From: Candidatus Undinarchaeota archaeon
GTDB taxonomy: Archaea > SpSt-1190
DNA: 46,772 nt
Direction of reading: 5' to 3'
NCBI GenBank assembly: GCA_964449215.1
Contig: CAYVAH010000004.1
Coordinates: forward strand, 1-46,772
Shown: positions 45,228-46,772 of the stretch, in pieces
Position numbering within the stretch: the first letter of the stretch is position 1
Layout: each line of letters begins with the position of its first letter
Translations under genes and position numbers: made by a program
Notes under the pieces: model-generated
What the model saw: the letters and a program-made list of their open reading frames with translations, nothing else
Told to the model about the DNA's origin: nothing
The model's database searches: none

Positions 45228-46253
45228 GTGGAGGTCATAGGTGCCGGACCCGTCGGTCTCTGGGTGGCGAAGAAAGCTGCGGATGCCGGTCTGAAAGTCA
45301 GGGTCCACGAGGCCCGGCCGCTGATAGGGGAACCGGATCACTGCACGGGTCTTCTGTCGAACAACATAGACCGCATTGTGGAGCCTGAGGTTGTTCTTCA
45401 CTACATCAACGGTGCCCGCTTCTTCGCCGGGAAGGAAGAGATGTTGATAGAAAGAAAAAAGGTTGCGAAGGTCATTGACAGGGTGGAGTTCAACAAGCAG
45501 CTCTGCGAGGAGGCCATGGCAAGCGGTGCCAGGGTGCACACTGGAAGGCGCGTGCTCTGGAGGGATTTCCAAGGGGATGTTGTGGCGGCTGACGGTGTGA
45601 TGGGCAGCACCCGGACGGATTTCGGGCAGAAGCTCAGGTTCCTCCCGGCGATGCAATACGACCTGAATGAGCGTCCGGAGGAGGATTTTGTGGAGCTCTG
45701 GTTTGAGCCCTGGAATCCCGACTTCTTTATCTGGGTTGTCCCCCGGGGGAACCATGTGCGTGTTGGCACCGCCTCCAGGGATCTCCGGCCGCTTCAGGCG
45801 TTTATAGGCAGGAGATTCGGGCGTTTCAGGCCAGTGGCGAAGCATGTCGGTCTTGTGGTCACGTCCGGTCCAGTAAAGAAAACCTGTTTTGAGGCAGGGG
45901 ATCGCCGGGTCTTTCTTGTTGGGGATGCAGCCGGACAGGTGAAGCCCACAACGGGGGGAGGCGTTTACACGGGGATGCTCTGTGCTGAAAAGCTTGTTGA
46001 AGCCTTGGTGGGAGGAAACCCGCAGGGGTATGAAAGAAGGTGGCGTTCTGCTCTCGGCAGGGAGTTTTTGCTTCAGAGACTTGCCCGCCGTTTGATGCTC
46101 CGGAACCCACCGGCATTTGTGAGGTTCCTGCGGCGCAGCAGGCTCCACCTGGAGCGTCAGGGGGACATGGACTACCAGTCCCGTGCGGTGCTCCGCCTTT
46201 TCTTTCCCGCGTTCATGTGGTTGCTTGAGTCCCTCTCACCGCAGAAATTTTAA
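45228..46253 (+). CDS. Geranylgeranyl reductase family flavoprotein (DGGR-like)
   Basis: GAGPVG, HCTG, IDRVEFN, AADG, WVVP, LVGDAAGQVKPTTGGG. Confidence 0.88.
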   Translation: MEVIGAGPVGLWVAKKAADAGLKVRVHEARPLIGEPDHCTGLLSNNIDRIVEPEVVLHYINGARFFAGKEEMLIERKKVAKVIDRVEFNKQLCEEAMASGARVHTGRRVLWRDFQGDVVAADGVMGSTRTDFGQKLRFLPAMQYDLNERPEEDFVELWFEPWNPDFFIWVVPRGNHVRVGTASRDLRPLQAFIGRRFGRFRPVAKHVGLVVTSGPVKKTCFEAGDRRVFLVGDAAGQVKPTTGGGVYTGMLCAEKLVEALVGGNPQGYERRWRSALGREFLLQRLARRLMLRNPPAFVRFLRRSRLHLERQGDMDYQSRAVLRLFFPAFMWLLESLSPQKF

Positions 46254-46274
46254 ACCCGCTTTTGTTTGTTCGAC

Positions 46275-46772
46275 ATGAAGGTGCTTGTTGGATCGACCAA
46301 TCCGGTCAAGGTTCAGGCTGTGAAGGAAGCGTTTTCAAAGTTCTTTGAGGACGTGGAGGTGAAGGGCAGGAAGGTTAATAGCGGTGTTCCCGACCAGCCG
46401 TTCGATGATGATACCTTCAAGGGTGCCCGGAACAGGGCGCGTGCCCTTATGGATGAAGAGGCCGATTTCTATGTGGGCCTGGAGGGGGGCGTCACCGAGC
46501 TGCTCGGCAGGACTTTCACTTTTGGCGCGTTCTGCATAATCGACCGTGCTGGCAGGGAGTCCTTCGGGGCGTCCCCCCTGCTCCTGCTCCCGTCCAGGGT
46601 CGTGGAGGGTCTGCGCGAGGGCAAAGAGCTGGGGGACGTGATGGATGAACTCACGGGCGAGCACAACACCAAGCAAAAAGGCGGTGCTTCCGGCTTTTTC
46701 ACCAACGGGGTCGTTCCGCGGAAGGACTTCTACCTCCAGGGACTCTGCGTGGCCATGGCACCCTTCCTGCAC
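46275..46772 (+). CDS. yjjX: Inosine/xanthosine triphosphatase (YjjX/DUF84), 3' end outside window
   Basis: MKVLVGSTNPVKVQAV, SGVPDQP, GARNRA, VGLEGG, ELGDVMD; not in ORF track because it has no stop in the window. Confidence 0.92.
   Translation, partial: MKVLVGSTNPVKVQAVKEAFSKFFEDVEVKGRKVNSGVPDQPFDDDTFKGARNRARALMDEEADFYVGLEGGVTELLGRTFTFGAFCIIDRAGRESFGASPLLLLPSRVVEGLREGKELGDVMDELTGEHNTKQKGGASGFFTNGVVPRKDFYLQGLCVAMAPFLH

Noticed and set aside
44913..46148. 411-aa minus-strand ORF (similar cases: 25180-26367, 40060-41142, 11034-12068, 42482-43510)
   Set aside because: Antisense to well-supported genes; expected from codon bias in GC-rich coding DNA

Overview
Gene-dense archaeal chromosomal window, mostly mid-to-high GC. 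The compact genes and gene content suggest a DPANN-type lineage, but this is inference only. Housekeeping genes: 3' end of an S-layer gene, rpl10e, kae1, PCNA plus a small RPA subunit, Hef, ScpA/ScpB, a shortened Rqc2, FKBP PPIase, ftsZ-secE-spt5-rpl11, DtdA, RtcB, a MacB-type ABC cassette, NreA, TFS, AglH-like GT4, rpl40e, geranylgeranyl reductase and a YjjX-type ITPase. Three regions stand out. (1) A low-GC, translationally coupled three-gene cassette (785-1805): two small unknown proteins plus a stand-alone protein with caspase/CHAT/gingipain-like His-Gly and Cys motifs. (2) A sulfur-relay/tRNA-thiolation island (28441-36523): an E1(ThiF)-ThiI-rhodanese fusion, a ubiquitin-like carrier, TtuA/Ncs6, a Cys-bearing HTH regulator with a candidate operator, and sufCBDSU. 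(3) An operon (39760-43774) of a metal-binding TIM-barrel protein with a very large helical insertion and two tandem nucleotidyltransferase-HEPN-like proteins. No tRNA, rRNA, CRISPR array or transposase was recognised. All family calls are by eye from motifs; no searches were run.
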